From: Strigamia acuminata
Lineage: Eukaryota
Length of the DNA stretch: 64,000 bases
Assembly (NCBI GenBank): GCA_949358305.1
Contig: OX442314.1
Location: 32,984,001 to 33,048,000 of the forward strand
Reading direction: 5' to 3'
A program made the position numbers and the translations under genes. This document shows positions 34,656 through 48,389 of the stretch, one piece after another. The stretch's first letter is position 1; each line of letters opens with the position of its first letter. Below the pieces are notes generated by a model. That model was not told the DNA's origin, did not search any database, and worked only from the letters and a program-made list of their open reading frames with translations.

Positions 34656-36137
34656 TTAATCAACATGATTCTTTGCTAAATATTGAGCTCGCATATTTGC
34701 AAATTTCCGAGATCTCTCAGCCTGCTGTACTGATTTCTTTCGACGTTTTTTCTTTGGGCAGTTACACACAGTGTACTCACTTGGCAGTGTAAATGACCGT
34801 GACGACCCAACTTTTTGTTTTAGGTCATCTCTGGAAAACCATACATGAATGGGACCCTCATTGGAAAACCATACGTGGAAAGGACCCATATTTGGAATTG
34901 TGAAATCCCGCAACAAACGAGGGGATCTATATTTGACTCTAAGTCGTGGAACTGATGATTGGAAACCTGGGTTTTCAGTCAGTTTTTGAACATGTTGGTT
35001 TGTACTTGAAGTTTCTTCATCACCAGCTGGACTTGGTGACCGAAAACGCTTTTTTGAAGTTCTTAATTCCTCTCGTTGAGATGAATTATTCTGGATATTG
35101 CAGGGTTGCTTTCCAGACGCAAATTGTTGTATCTCCGTCAGATTGACGACTGGGACGGGTTTTAGTCGTTGGTTACGGTATTGATTTCGAAATACGAATT
35201 GTTGCGCTTCGTTTATATTTTTAAATTCAGCTGAATTTAACTGGTATTGTTTACAATACTGTTCGAATTGATACCGGATCTCCCGTGGGTTAGTCAAAAA
35301 ACTTTCTTTTTTAGGTTTAAAATCATTCTCATTATCGTGTTGGTAATACTTTTTCAAGGGAAAAGTTTGCTTGACCTTTTTTCGATTTGAAATGGGCGTT
35401 AGGTAGAATTGTCTTGGCTGGGGACTCTTCTTGGTAGACAAATCATACGTCCGCAAACATGAGTTTGTGATCGGCGATCGGGCACGTTGTTGTACGTTAT
35501 TTGACTGCAAATGTTTGTTTGGAGTCCGAATATCTTTCCTTTGCGTTGATATTGGTGGCCCAAAACTTTTGTTTACGGTTCCCAATTCTTTTGATAGCGG
35601 TAGGTTAATCGACAGATTAAGGCTAGCCACATATCGTTGTGCTTCAGCTGGATTAGCATATCGAACTGAAATTAGCTGATCTCGATTGTAAACGAGTTTT
35701 AATTTGTTCTGAACAACCGACTGGTTAGTTAACGAACTCTCTGGACGAGAATTATTAGGTTTATAATTCTCTTCCCCCTTATCTACCGAATTAGGTGGTT
35801 TAAACTTTTCTAACTTAGATCCCCTACTGGATGTTTGAAACATAGTATGAGAATCTTGATTCACTAAGTTTCGGCTGTATGTTTGTGGATTCCGTACTGG
35901 ATCTTGATGTGAAGATTGAGATTGGGTACGATCTCGCCAGTTCCTAGCTTTTACATAGTCTGAAGCTTCGATTATATTTTTAAACTTGGTTTTATCCAGT
36001 CCATGACGATTACAATACAGAGTAAAATGATCGGGAATCTTTTCTGTTTGATCGCCAAGTGGTACAGAACTTAAATTTAAGTTTGTCTGCTTATTATTTC
36101 CTTTTGGATCGATCATATTCAATGGTTTTTGAGCCAT
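34656..36137 (-). CDS. Orphan ORF of the LARD-like element (~493 aa from first ATG)
   Basis: Long ORF in AT-rich DNA, open in both copies, sense to the element. Confidence 0.7.
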   Translation of the reverse strand: MAQKPLNMIDPKGNNKQTNLNLSSVPLGDQTEKIPDHFTLYCNRHGLDKTKFKNIIEASDYVKARNWRDRTQSQSSHQDPVRNPQTYSRNLVNQDSHTMFQTSSRGSKLEKFKPPNSVDKGEENYKPNNSRPESSLTNQSVVQNKLKLVYNRDQLISVRYANPAEAQRYVASLNLSINLPLSKELGTVNKSFGPPISTQRKDIRTPNKHLQSNNVQQRARSPITNSCLRTYDLSTKKSPQPRQFYLTPISNRKKVKQTFPLKKYYQHDNENDFKPKKESFLTNPREIRYQFEQYCKQYQLNSAEFKNINEAQQFVFRNQYRNQRLKPVPVVNLTEIQQFASGKQPCNIQNNSSQREELRTSKKRFRSPSPAGDEETSSTNQHVQKLTENPGFQSSVPRLRVKYRSPRLLRDFTIPNMGPFHVWFSNEGPIHVWFSRDDLKQKVGSSRSFTLPSEYTVCNCPKKKRRKKSVQQAERSRKFANMRAQYLAKNHVD

Positions 36138-39100
36138 AAAAAAATTCAAAATCTGACGATTTTAATTCTTTAATTTATAAAGAAGACGAATATAATACAC
36201 TTTTCAACAAGAAACACTTCTAAATTTTACTTTTGACAAAATAAAATTAAACTTCGCGTTTGTTTGACACGTGTTAGCTTTTGCAGGTTACACGGCACAC
36301 AAAATTCGAATCGTGACTGAAATCGGGACGGCGTGGTCAAGATGACTCTGGAACACGTCTTCTGGTCTGGTCTGGATGCGAATGATCAGTATCTGATCTG
36401 GTCCTCCTTTAATAGCAGGGGGCTGGGGATCCCTAGATCTCCCAACTTCTGATTGGCGGATGTTAGTGTCGGCCAATGGTATAAAGGACGTTACATCTAT
36501 TTAGTAGTTCTCTACTAAGTCCGTTCCCTTCGAGATTCAATTTTACCGATAAAATAAAATTCCTTCGGGAAGACATTCGTAAAATATTGTATTTTTCAAA
36601 TGAAAATAAAATAAACTTACTTCAATCTTCTTGAACTTTGGGATTTTTACCAATCCAAATAATTAAATAACTTTTCTTCAAAAAATATTTTTCTTTGATT
36701 ATTCCGTTTAGTGTGTAATATCATTACAACCACAGTTTTAATAAAGTTTTCTCAAACTCTCAATTTTTCTTATTCTTATTCAATTATCGTTCAAATAATC
36801 ATTCCTTTGTAATTGAAATCTATTTTCGATTCCCAACATTGTGTATTCATTTCCAATAGGAAGAATAATTTGACCAAGTCTTTACTTTTTCGGGTTTAAA
36901 TTCCATTTTTCGAGTGTGAAAAAATAAATTTTCACCATCCATCTCCCCCTTTTTTAACAAATTTTTTTAACAAATAAAAATTCGTTAAAATTCTTTAAAT
37001 TTGTTTTGCGAGAAAAATTATCTAATTCTCTAATCTTCCAAAAGAAAATATTCGAAATTTTACTTTAAACGATAAAGTTATTGGTACAAATGTGTACTTG
37101 TTTTTCGGGAGAAAACTATTCGACAATCCTTTAGACTTTTGGGTAAAAATTATTCATCAAATCTTTCTTTTTTGATGACAATTGCTTTGATTTTTCGAAA
37201 GAAAATATCTAGCTAAATTCCACTTTTCCTGAGCGGACAATTGTTTTCACAATTAGTTATTCCTTTGCGATATTTACGAAGGACGTGTCTTTGATTATTC
37301 GTTTTAATAATTTTCGTCCCCCTTATCTCTAATAACGAGATGTTTTTGCAGAGATCTTTTATCTTTTGAATGAAAGAATATTTAAATCTCAATTGTCGTA
37401 AATACCTTCATCTGCTGCAGCATTTCCTCAATTTGAACTTTTCAAATGAAAAGACAAATCTGGAGAACTTTCACTGTCAAACTTCTATTCCTATCGCGCC
37501 AAAATTCGTAATTCACTGGTTTGGAATTCCGTATAACACGTGACACAATAACAGTATCGATGTCACAATTAAGCAGTTTACTACTCGGTCCGCGCGAGGA
37601 CATGTAAATTACTTTTTTCCGATAAAAATAATTTTTCTTTGAAAAATATTTGAAATTGATTTTTCACAACTACTTTTGAATGAAATAAAATGAAGTTATT
37701 CCAACTTTTCGTTAATTGCTCACACATAACATTCCCTTTACTGTGGGATTTGCATCGAAATTCCATTTTTAAAGAACCTTTCTTTTACTTATCGCAAATA
37801 AAACATATTCAATCGTTTTTCTGATTAAACTTTAACACGTAAATTACGAACGAAATATATGATGACATTCCATTAACCTTTAGGAAAATTGACTAAATTC
37901 TTAATTTTTAGAGAAAAATAATGTATCTAGAATCTTTCCTTTTCCGAATAAAATCTATGTTCAAAATAGAAGATAAATCTTGTGCAATTCTTAGTTTTTT
38001 CGAATGGAAAAATACAACTTTTCATCAGCGGTGATTTATTTGATTTTTCCGAAAGAAAAATAATTACTTTGAAACTTATTTTCTTCGTTTAAATCAGCTA
38101 TCTGATTTTAAAGCTTCAATCCAATCAAAAAATATTCGCTCCGTAAATATTTCATGTGGCAAAGTTCATAGCCACAAATGGATTTGTTATTCCGGTTTTA
38201 AGAAATCATGTGGGAAAATGTCCGATTAGATTACTAAAAATATTCGTTGTTTTTCAAACAGCTAAATTTCATTTAGAAATTCTCAAAATTTGGGAGACCC
38301 AAATATCGTTGGAAACTTAAAACACTGTTAAATTTCCGAAAGGAAAGATTGAATGAAATCCTTTTACTTTTCCGAGGGAAAGCGTTTATCGTGATTCGTA
38401 ACTTTCAATGTAAAAAATACTATTCTATGTGGTCGGCAACTTCATTCGCCGCCATTTTATATTTTCTTAATTTCCATTGTCCCGAAGGAAAAAATGTACT
38501 TTTTGTGAAAATAGTTAATTCCTTCAAATAAAGGTAATATTCATTTCGATTTGCAAATCTTTTCTGCGAAATGGAGTGTGTTGTTTTTCTCCAACAACTA
38601 AATTATCTTTGGTACCGATGGCAGTGGAAAAATTAGTTCGCGACACTTAAATAAATCTCTACGAACTTTCTGTAACATTTCTCCGCTGTCTTTTATCTGT
38701 TGTCCGCCATAATTTCCAAGCATTCGTTCGCACCTTGCGTTGAAGGTTTGAGTAGCTTCCCTGCTGCGTTTGATACGGAGATCGACGCGTATTGCTATGG
38801 CGCGTGGTCGCTGGCTATCGGTGTCGACGTACAGTTACAAGAAACTTAATTTCTTGTAAATATTTCCAAATAGTTGCGGTGTTTTCTTCGTTTTAACTTT
38901 TCAGGTGGAAAGATAAATTCGTAAGAAGTCCGCCTTCTAAACTTGTATGTTTTTAGCTTTTCGAAATAAAACAAACTTCGAAAAAAAATATCTGTATTCT
39001 TATTTCACTCGAAACTTTTTTGATTTCTTATTTAAAATACTTCGTATTCCTTAAATTGTCGAACGAAAATAGTAAAGAGAGTTCACTAAACGTTTCCATT

Positions 39101-39640
39101 TCGTCAGTTTAACTTTTCACATGAAAATATAAACTGAAAATCTATTTGTCTGTTTTAACTAAAATTTTTTAGTTAATATCGGATTCAAGATTCGCTTTTG
39201 CAATTCGATCGAATTAATTTGCAACCTATTTCAGTGATCGTGTGATAGGTCTATAACTTCCGAAATTCCTAGTTAAAGGACTGTTTTGGTGTTTCTCAAG
39301 AAAATAAACATGGTTTGAAACTTGTCTGTTTTTTAACTAAATCTTTTAGTTAAATATTTATCTCAAAATTCACTTTTACAATTCTATCGAATTTAATTGC
39401 AACCTAATCTCGGTGGGACCTCCACGTGTGAGATTAGGTGGTAGTCTTTGAAATCCCTAAAATCTTCAAACGAAAATAATGAAGGAAAATCTACTACGTA
39501 TTTCTATTTCATCAGTTTAACTTCTTCACATGGAAATATAAACTGAAAATTTAATCTGTCTATTTTTAACTTAAATCTTTTAGTTAAATATTTATCTCCA
39601 ATATTCACTGTTGCAATTCAATCGAATTTAATTGCAACCT

Positions 39641-39659
39641 AATCTCGGTGGGACCTCCA
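39641..39659 (-). promoter_or_regulatory. PBS, tRNA-Gln; second copy at 39406-39424
   Basis: AATCTCGGTGGGACCTCCA equals the 3' end of metazoan tRNA-Gln. Confidence 0.85.
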
Positions 39660-39661
39660 CG

Positions 39662-41561
39662 TGTGACGGTGACGACCACAACTCCCATTTAACAATGGTA
39701 CCGGGAAGAGATCGCAATAAATAAACAGTGAATACAATACGAGATAAATACAAGACAGTTTATTGTTGGCAAACAATATGGATGAGCTAAATTATACATA
39801 GGACTAATGCCGACATTTGGCAAGTTAAATCAGCTATTAAACTATACAAAGAATTGGCCAACTGGCCCTAGAATAATATCACTACGGGTCTGGAATATGG
39901 GAGCGGTTTCCCCATCGCTCGACCTGATTATAGATGTCATCTTAAGCCGGATGGCTGTGTCCTGGAGTCCGATACGGCTTCGCTGGTTTCCTTGGTTCGC
40001 TGTGTAAACTATCGCACGTCGATAAATCGAATGATCTGAGCATTGCGGTTGACTTTGTCTGCACCGCCACAACTTTGGGAGGATATTGGTGTAAGTAAAT
40101 GTATTCATTTACTTATCAATATTCCACTTATGAATTATATTTAATTCATATCGTTGTGAATTCTTATTTAGATATTTCGGGAATAAGTTGTCGTCAACTT
40201 ATCGGTTATATTGAGTTCAATATGAGATTAAGTCTTCTGACTTGATTTTGGTCCAACTGGTTGTCGAGTTTAAGTTTTGCTGTTATAAATAAAATGAAGA
40301 TTAAGCTTCCCGTCGCAACACACAATTGCCATCGATTAGAATATACGCCTTGCCATGCAGAACGGTATCAAGCGTCCCCGGCGTCGCAGCACGGTCGTCC
40401 ATCGAGTGGTTGACGGTACCACGTACACAGGGGTCGATAGCTCGCGGCTCCGCACAGCAGTTTTATCTCTCGCGGTACTAATAATAGACCGACTGCTTTG
40501 GCATCGAATACCATGAGAATCAGCTTGCCAAACACTTGGTGCTACTCGTGGTTACTGTAAAACAGACTGCTTTGGCACCATCAGGTGAAGGAACCGATTC
40601 TCAACAATACCGATGCTACTCGTGGTAACGGAATACGTTCATACCGAAAAAGACAACTTGGTCCTGTCCGGAGGATACTGAATTGCACAACGGCGGGTTC
40701 TCCTTCGGCGTCGCAACCGTAGACTGTAACATTTATGCAACATAATAATCCCAGCACTTCGACTTCAATTGCCGGCGGTGGCATGATTCTGTAGAATCAT
40801 GCAACGGTTCTTTGCGAATAAATCAACAAAGAACCAAAAGGTTTTTTACGTGAACAACGAATCATACTTCTTAAGTAACAATACCAAACAGAAATAATCA
40901 AACAGAGCTGCAGAATGGCCGGTTGTTTGGGTTTATATAACCTGACTGGATTAAGGATTAATCCAGTTATCCAATTGGAACATGGGTTCCACGAATCCCT
41001 CCAATCCCGTATCACCGGAAGTGGATACGGAGGAACAATGTGCTAATTCTCACCACAACCGGAACTGGATACCCAGGACCGGAAATGGATCCACCAATCA
41101 GATCTATTGGTTGATCGATTGATCACCAAATGTCCTGTCCCGCAGAAAATGGAAGTTACATTGTATTTAACATCACAAGACATTAATATATCTTTATATT
41201 AATGTTCACAAAGCTTCGTTTCATTCTAGTAAATATAGTTTTATATTTATTTACATGTTTTATATTCATATCTTGAATTTGCCGCTAAATCGTAATCGCG
41301 CCATCTTGTGGCAACATTGCGCATTGACAAATGCGGTTTTAGCAGACGACTCTTCGTGATTCGGCCGGAATCCTTTGATATCAAGTAGGAATGAGTGTTT
41401 ATTCTTAATAAACGAACATCTTTGTATTTGAAACATCATAAATAACTTTATTCCAGACATTTATCAGTTTTACACAGAATATCTTCGAGATATCATGATA
41501 ATGGCGCAACAGCGCTTCTTTCTAAGAAAATAGGCATTTATAGCCATTGTAAACCGTCACA
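39662..41561 (-). repeat. 5' LTR, copy 1
   Basis: Direct repeat of 32162-34061. Confidence 0.95.
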
Positions 41562-41565
41562 AAGT

Positions 41566-42094
41566 CATGCAATACGTTGCCAACACTGCGAACTTGTGCA
41601 TTGAATTGTCTGGTTGCACATCATCACAACTGTGGGCATTCACTGATGCGTCATGGGCAAGTGATCCAGAAACCTCCTTAAGCTTCGGTGGCTACATCAC
41701 CTACGTTGGAAACGTGCCGATCGGCTGGTCTTGCCGAAAACAGTCAACCGTGGCATGCTCAACAATGGAAGCGGAGTTCATCGCCCTTGTTGAGTGTGTC
41801 AAGGAGCTGTACTGGTTGAATCATGTGTATACCCAGTTTCCAGCGTTGAATCGTCTATCTCGACCCGTCGTTTATTCCGACGCCCTGGCCAGCATACAGT
41901 TCACCTCAAACGATGTGGAGAACTCGAAGACTCGACATATCCGCGTTCGTTATCACTGGCTCAGGGAGTGGTTTACGGCGGGACGCTTTGATCTCCGAAA
42001 AGTGGAAAGCGAGTTCAATGTCGCGGACATTTTCACGAAATGGCTCAGTTCGGAGCGTCTACGATCGCTGATTGCCAACATCTTCAGATCATAG
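41566..42094 (+). pseudogene. pol: Copia RNase H (continuation of pol)
   Basis: AFTDASWA..SCRKQSTVACSTMEAEF..KTRHIRVRYH..ADIFTK; in frame once the insert and one TSD are removed. Confidence 0.9.
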
Positions 42095-42316
42095 AACTGC
42101 ACTACCTTCTGTAATGACATTCCTAAGTTATTTTTTCCCAAAGTTGAGGATAATCAAGTTCAGTGGGAATTCTCGGGCTTCCTTAGTGAAGAGTTCTTCA
42201 ATTTCAGTACCCGGCTTGATTATACGCCCATGTTATTATTTACTTTTCTAAATGTGATACACTGTAATTCCAGTATATGATTGTATTTTCCCTCATTTGC
42301 TATCGAAGAGGGGATT

Positions 42317-42853
42317 TGTTGGTCAAATGACCACTTATTTGTCAATACCAAATGTGGTTATCGTTATTTCAGTGTTTAGTTCATTGTATTATTTATATTT
42401 ATCACTTGTCTGCCTGATTCGGCATTTATTCACACTCTCATGCTGTTTCGTACGCAATTCCGTACAATTTGTCTTATTGTCTATGAGATTTGTTCTTATC
42501 TGTGAGATTCGTTCTTAACTTAAGTATAATGTTAGTATTTGGCACCAGAGTGCCATTCTGTACACTTTTCAATTTCCAAGATGGATGCCACCATAGGTTT
42601 TGTGCTGCTCCATCTCAATTCATTTGTATTGGACACATTATGTGAGTTATTATTTTATTAAAAGATAGTATTTTGTTTAACAAGTGTTGTTGTTTGTTCT
42701 GCACGGAATTATAAGTGCAGAACACGTCGTTTCGTGCAGAAACGACTCGTTACGTCGTCGATACGTTTGCATGTTAAACGCGTCCCCATTACGGCAATTT
42801 GCCGCACGCTTCCCGGCGATATTTCGCCAATATCTGCGCCCCTCTGTCCTACA
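42317..42853 (+). repeat. Copia 3' LTR
   Basis: TGTTGGTC..CCTACA, preceded by PPT. Confidence 0.95.
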
Positions 42854-44558
42854 ACTTCCAGTTCTCCTCAGGGACAGTTTCTCGTTACTTAAGCGGCGGT
42901 CAGCAGTCGATTTCCGAGGTTCAGATACGTCAAACACAACGCAATGTCCTGCTAGAAGACAGAAACAGACTTGAACTTTATTTCTCAGTAGCTTTAAGAG
43001 TTGATTTTATTGTGAAATAGGTTTAAGTTAGACTTTAAGTGGTTTTTTGGGTTTTTTCTGTGCGCTATGGGAAGAGTGACCCCAATGTGTCTGCCATAGG
43101 CACCAGATATGGTGCTTGAAAAAGTGTTTTCCCTTTCTTTAACTGCTCAATCGTCTGAGTTGAAGCTGTTTTGAGCTTTTGTCTTAGTTTACAGGAACAC
43201 ATCCGTATCTGGTAGCTGCGCACAACCGTTTGAGCGCGGGAAATCTCTCATATTTTCGCTTTCTTTCTCCTCTCGTTTGTCTTCTGGTTTCAATCAGCCT
43301 CTGAATAGGTTTTTTACGTGCTCTCAGCACCTCTCTGTCAATTCTGCACAAAATGTAAGGTCGATGTTTCGTCTCGAGCAGCTTCAATTTTTGGTCGCTC
43401 CTTTTCAATGCAAAAAGTGTCTCCTTTTTGTGTGTGTAAGAAATAAGCACGACTTGTCAGGTTGAAGTTTAAACAGGTACTAACTTTATTCTATTCAAAA
43501 CTGTTCATTATATAGCAAAAAGGGGGAATTCTCAGAATTGAGACAAAAGAGGGGGGGGGGTTACAAAGTTCAAAAACCGCAAACAAAACACCACCACCGA
43601 TGGCAGCAATTAACAACTTCCTTTCCTTTCAACAATATTTTTCCCAATTAAAGCACTCAAATTAAAGTCTCAAAGGTTCTTCTCCAAAAAGGTTTAAGTC
43701 TACACAAAAATAGTCCTAACATTTCATATCTAAAAATTCCAGTTTTCACACTCTCTTTCCTTGAGTTTACTCCACTTGCACTCTTCTAATCTAATTTAAT
43801 TTTTAGTTGAGCTTTAAGAGTTTCTGCTTTGCTGTCTCACAAACAGTATTGCAGTTAGTAGAATCAGTTAGGTTTTTGGCTCAATTCAAGCAGCCATATT
43901 GTGTGTCAAACCACATTTCGACCCTTTCTTACGTGTGAGGACCCCGCCACACAGGTGGTGGTCAAGCTCCTCTCGTTTCTCGTTTGTTCTCAGGAAATTT
44001 GAGTTTTTTAGTTGAGTTTTAATTAGCTTTCTTGTTCAACACATCTGTTGACAACTTACTTTAGATGTTAGTAAGGCGTGGCTCACGCAAGCAGCCTTCT
44101 TAGCGTCTTTACTGACTAGAATGGCACTGTGCTCGGAGCAGTGACCACTTCCTCTTCCGTTCTGATTCGTTTGCGATAGGAAAAACGTTTTTTTTGTGTT
44201 GTTTGCGCTCATACAGAGCACAGAGACGCTCGGGTCATGTCCCTTGAGCATGTCCCAGTTTTAGATTTGACCGGTCATGTGGGCCGTCTACATGGAAAAG
44301 AACGCCGTTTCTAGGGCGGTGGTTCATCGAGTTTCTTCTTTGGTTTTTGCATGTATATTTCCCTGTTTGAAGTCTTGCATGCACTTCTTATCTAGCCAGT
44401 TTTTGGATGCCATGGTCTTGTCCATGAGCATTGATCCTTGAGTGTTAGGTGTCACTTAGAGTCTTTGCGAGCGGTATCAAGCGCTTGACCATGCATCATT
44501 GGTCTTGTTGTCTTCTTAGATTAGGGATTACTCACCTTTCACGTATCTTAGCAATTAG

Positions 44559-45234
44559 TAAGCCTGCTATTTTTGCGGACTGAAAACAGTGAAATTGTGG
44601 GTGGAAAGCGGCATTAAAAAACGGCATTTTGCGAACTTATGGCGGACTTATTGCAGGCTCATCCGGGAAGTTTTTTGACCAAAATTTCAAGGTTTTAAAG
44701 GAAATTTGAAGTTTTTAAACGAAATTTGAAGTTTTTAAACGAAATTTGAAGTTTTTAAACGAAATTTGAAGTTTTTAAACAAAATTTGAAGTTTTTAAAC
44801 GAAATTTGAAGTTTTTAAACGAAATTTGAAGTTTTTAAACGAAATTTGAAGTTTTTAAACGAAATTTGAAGTTTTTAAACGAAATTTGAAGTTTTTAAAC
44901 GAAATTTGAAGTTTTTAAACGAAATTTGAAGTTTTTAAACGAAATTTGAAGTTTTTAAACATAATTGAGGTTTTTAAACAAAATTTGAAGTTTTTAAACA
45001 TGATACGGTATCACGCAATACGCACATTCACTCGATTTTCGTAACAAACCCCCCAAAATTGGCAAATTGCAGACTTTCCGAAAAATTGCGGCATTACGAT
45101 CTGATTGCGGCAATTGCGGACTAAAAAACACCTCCAATTTCAAAAATTTTGTTGTCAAAATGCTCTATTTGCATTATCCACACTTATGACACCATTTAGG
45201 AGAAGTTTTATTTTCCACAAAAATAGCAGCTTTA
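44559..45234. mobile_element. hAT-like MITE carrying a minisatellite
   Basis: TIR TAAGCCTGCTATTTTTG / CAAAAATAGCAGCTTTA; 8-bp TSD GCAATTAG. Confidence 0.85.
44681..44999. repeat. 20-bp tandem repeat GAAATTTGAAGTTTTTAAAC, ~16 units
   Basis: Contiguous units, no spacers. Confidence 0.95.
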
Positions 45235-46455
45235 GCAATTAGCTTTGGTTGTTGTTCTTGTTGTAGCGCAAGTGTTCTTGTCATTCGAATTGATTGTCCC
45301 GCACGCGCTGGCCAACGGTTTAAGCGTCCGCACTGGTGGTGAGCCACGGTGCATTTACGGACCACCTCTTTCTTGCTCGGTCAATACACCTGCCCTTCTC
45401 ACATTGGTGAGTTGGGAGATGTCTTTCTTGTTTCTTTTTCACTGTGAAGATGATTTGTCCTAATTCTTAGAGTTTAGCCATGAGTGTGGTCAATGTGAGT
45501 CGACGCATGCAGTCACATTAGCTTCTTCTCTTCGGATTTTATCGCTCAACCATGAGGTTGGGTTGGGGGGTTTCAATCCGTCTTGCACACTAGGTGCTTG
45601 ACGCAAGCCATCGTTCTGAGGCACATTCAGCCCTGCAGTTCCTTAACGGTGATGGTCATCGACGATGGCCTGAGACCTGGAACGCAGTTTTGTTAGCAGT
45701 AGCGGTCAACCTCTCGACACTTCTTATCTTCTTTGTCTTGTAAGGGGCACCACTGAAGTGGTGACACCTCTCGACCCATGTGGTGACCTCAAATATTCGT
45801 ATCTGAGTGCTCACCATATTTCCAAATTGTCTTATGATCATATCAAACATTCCTATATGTTTTGTTTCAATGTAAATTGAAATAAAACATACATTAATAA
45901 AATATAAAACAAGACACAATATTACCCAAATAATATTGTGTTTTGCAGCAAGTTTTGGCCCAGCAACAGCGTCAACCAATCACGCTGCAGCGTGCATTGC
46001 TTTGATGATGCTGCTAGGCGTGTGCCTGGGCGGAGCATCCCCTCCTCTCACGCGTGCCTGGCTCAATTGTTGCACACGACCCGAAGGCGGCCGTGTGTGA
46101 TCTTTGTGCAACTCGTCATCTGCGCAGCTTTACTGAGCAGATTTAGGAGTGAGCCAAACGGTTTTGGCCCACTCTTCCCGCATTCTTGATTCTGCCTCCA
46201 AACTGTTCACAACCGTGTCAAACTTATGCCAAAAACTGCTAAGTGTGATCTGTGATATTGGACAAATTGAGTTTCATTGCTGGTCTGTACCCATTGTACG
46301 GAATAGCGCTTTCATTGCTTGAATTACTACGCGTAATTTAAGCCATTTCTGTGTGGAATTGACATAGAGCTTGCTCTGTCAATTTGTAGTTCTTTGTGTC
46401 GAGCTTGCTCCACAAAGGAATCTGTGTGTTAAGACGGATTGTTACGTCGAGCTTG

Positions 46456-48368
46456 TATGACGGTTTACAATGGCTATAAATGCCTATTTTCTATCAAGAA
46501 AGCGCTGTTGCGCCAATATGATGGTATTTTTACAATATTCTGTGTAAAACTGATAAATGTCTAGAATAAAGTCATTTATGATGTTTCAAATACAAAGATG
46601 TTCGTTTATTAAGAATAAACACTAATTTCCACATGATACTAAAGTATCACGGCATAATTACGAAGATTCGTCTGCTAAAACCCGCATTTGTCAATGCTCC
46701 ATATTGCCACTAGATGGCGCGATCGCAATTAGCGATAAATTCGAATACGAACTTGAAAACCTCATGATTAAATATAAACGTATATTTAATCAAGTGAATA
46801 AATTGTGTTAAATATTAATATAAATATATATTAAGTATCTGACATTGTTAAATACAATGTAACTTCCATTTCTGCGGGACAGAATGTTTAGCGATCAATC
46901 GGTCAACCGATCAATCTGATTGGTGGAACCCATTTCCGGTCCTGGGTATCCAGTTCCGGTTGTAACAAGGATTAGCATAATTTGCATAAATGCTCCTCCG
47001 TATCCACTTCCGGTGATACGGGATTGGAGGGATTCGTGGAACCCATGTTCCAATTGGATGACTGGATTAATCCTTAAATCCAGTCAGGTTATATAAACCC
47101 AAACAATCGGCCATTCCGCAGCTCTGTTTGATTATTTCTGTTTGGTATTGTTACTTAAGAAGTATGATTCGTTGTTCACGTAAAAAACCTTTTGGTTCTT
47201 TGTTGATTTATTCGCAAAGAACCGTTGCATGATTCTACAGAATCATGCCACCGCCGGCAATTGAAGTCGAAGTGCTGGGATTATTATGTTGCATAAATGT
47301 TACAGTCTACGGTTGCGACGCCGAAGGAGAACCCGCCGTTGTGCAATTCAGTATCCTCCGGACAGGACCAAGTTGTCTTTTTCGGTATGAACGTATTCCG
47401 TTACCACGAGTAGCATCGGTATTGTTGAGAATCGGTTCCTTCACCTGATGGTGCCAAAGCAGTCTGTTTTACAGTAACCACGAGTAGCACCAAGTGTTTG
47501 GCAAGCTGATTCTCATGGTATTCGATGCCAAAGCAGTCGGTCTATTATTAGTACCGCGAGAGATAAAACTGCTGTGCGGAGCCGCGAGCTATCGACCCCT
47601 GTGTACGTGGTACCGTCAACCACTCGATGGACGACCGTGCTGCGACGCCGGGGACGCTTGATACCGTTCTGCATGGCAAGGCGTATATTCTAATCGATGG
47701 CAATTGTGTGTTGCGACGGGAAGCTTAATCTTCATTTTATTTATAACAGCAAAACTTAAACTCGACAACCAGTTGGACCAAAATCAAGTCAGAAGACTTA
47801 ATCTCATATTGAACTCAATATAACCGATAAGTTGACGACAACTTATTCCCGAAATATCTAAATAAGAATTCACAACGATATGAATTAAATATAATTCATA
47901 AGTGGAATATTGATAAGTAAATGAATACATTTACTTACACCAATATCCTCCCAAAGTTGTGGCGGTGCAGACAAAGTCAACCGCAATGCTCAGATCATTC
48001 GATTTATCGACGTGCGATAGTTTACACAGCGAACCAAGGAAACCAGCGAAGCCGTATCGGACTCCAGGACACAGCCATCCGGCTTAAGATGACATCTATA
48101 ATCAGGTCGAGCGATGGGGAAACCGCTCCCATATTCCAGACCCGTAGTGATATTATTCTAGGGCCAGTTGGCCAATTCTTTGTATAGTTTAATAGCTGAT
48201 TTAACTTGCCAAATGTCGGCATTAGTCCTATGTATAATTTAGCCTTGATATTATTGTTTACCAACAATAAACTGTCTTGTATTTATCTCGTATTGTATTC
48301 ACTGTTTATTTATTGCGATCTCTTCCCGGTACCATTGTTAAATGGGAGTTGTGGTCGTCACCGTCACA
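46456..48368 (+). repeat. 5' LTR, copy 2
   Basis: No differences seen versus 53969-55881; TATATAAA ~47090; AATAAA ~48266. Confidence 0.95.
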
Positions 48369-48370
48369 CG

Positions 48371-48389
48371 TGGAGGTCCCACCGAGATT
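48371..48389 (+). promoter_or_regulatory. PBS, tRNA-Gln; repeated at 48606-48624
   Basis: TGGAGGTCCCACCGAGATT. Confidence 0.85.

Larger units (their letters stand above)
32162..41561 (-). mobile_element. Non-autonomous 9400-bp LTR element (LARD-like), copy 1
   Basis: 1900-bp LTRs TGTGACGG..CCGTCACA; 4-bp TSD AAGT; PPT next to the left LTR and PBS next to the right LTR; no gag/pol motifs. Confidence 0.93.
26275..42853 (+). mobile_element. Ty1/Copia LTR retrotransposon (defective) with nested 9.4-kb element
   Basis: TG..CA LTRs, 5-bp TSD ACTTC (26270-4, 42854-8), PBS, PPT GAAGAGGGGA at 42305, order gag-PR-IN-RT-RH. Confidence 0.95.

Noticed and set aside
39641..39659. tRNA genes (Gln here; also iMet and Pro matches)
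   Set aside because: Only 18-19-nt 3'-end matches including CCA next to LTRs, so primer-binding sites
44681..44999. CRISPR-like array
   Set aside because: Contiguous 20-bp units, no spacers, inside a MITE
42859..45778. Degenerate minus-strand gag (HQCGRLNRW knuckle-like)
   Set aside because: Too decayed to support; no boundaries found
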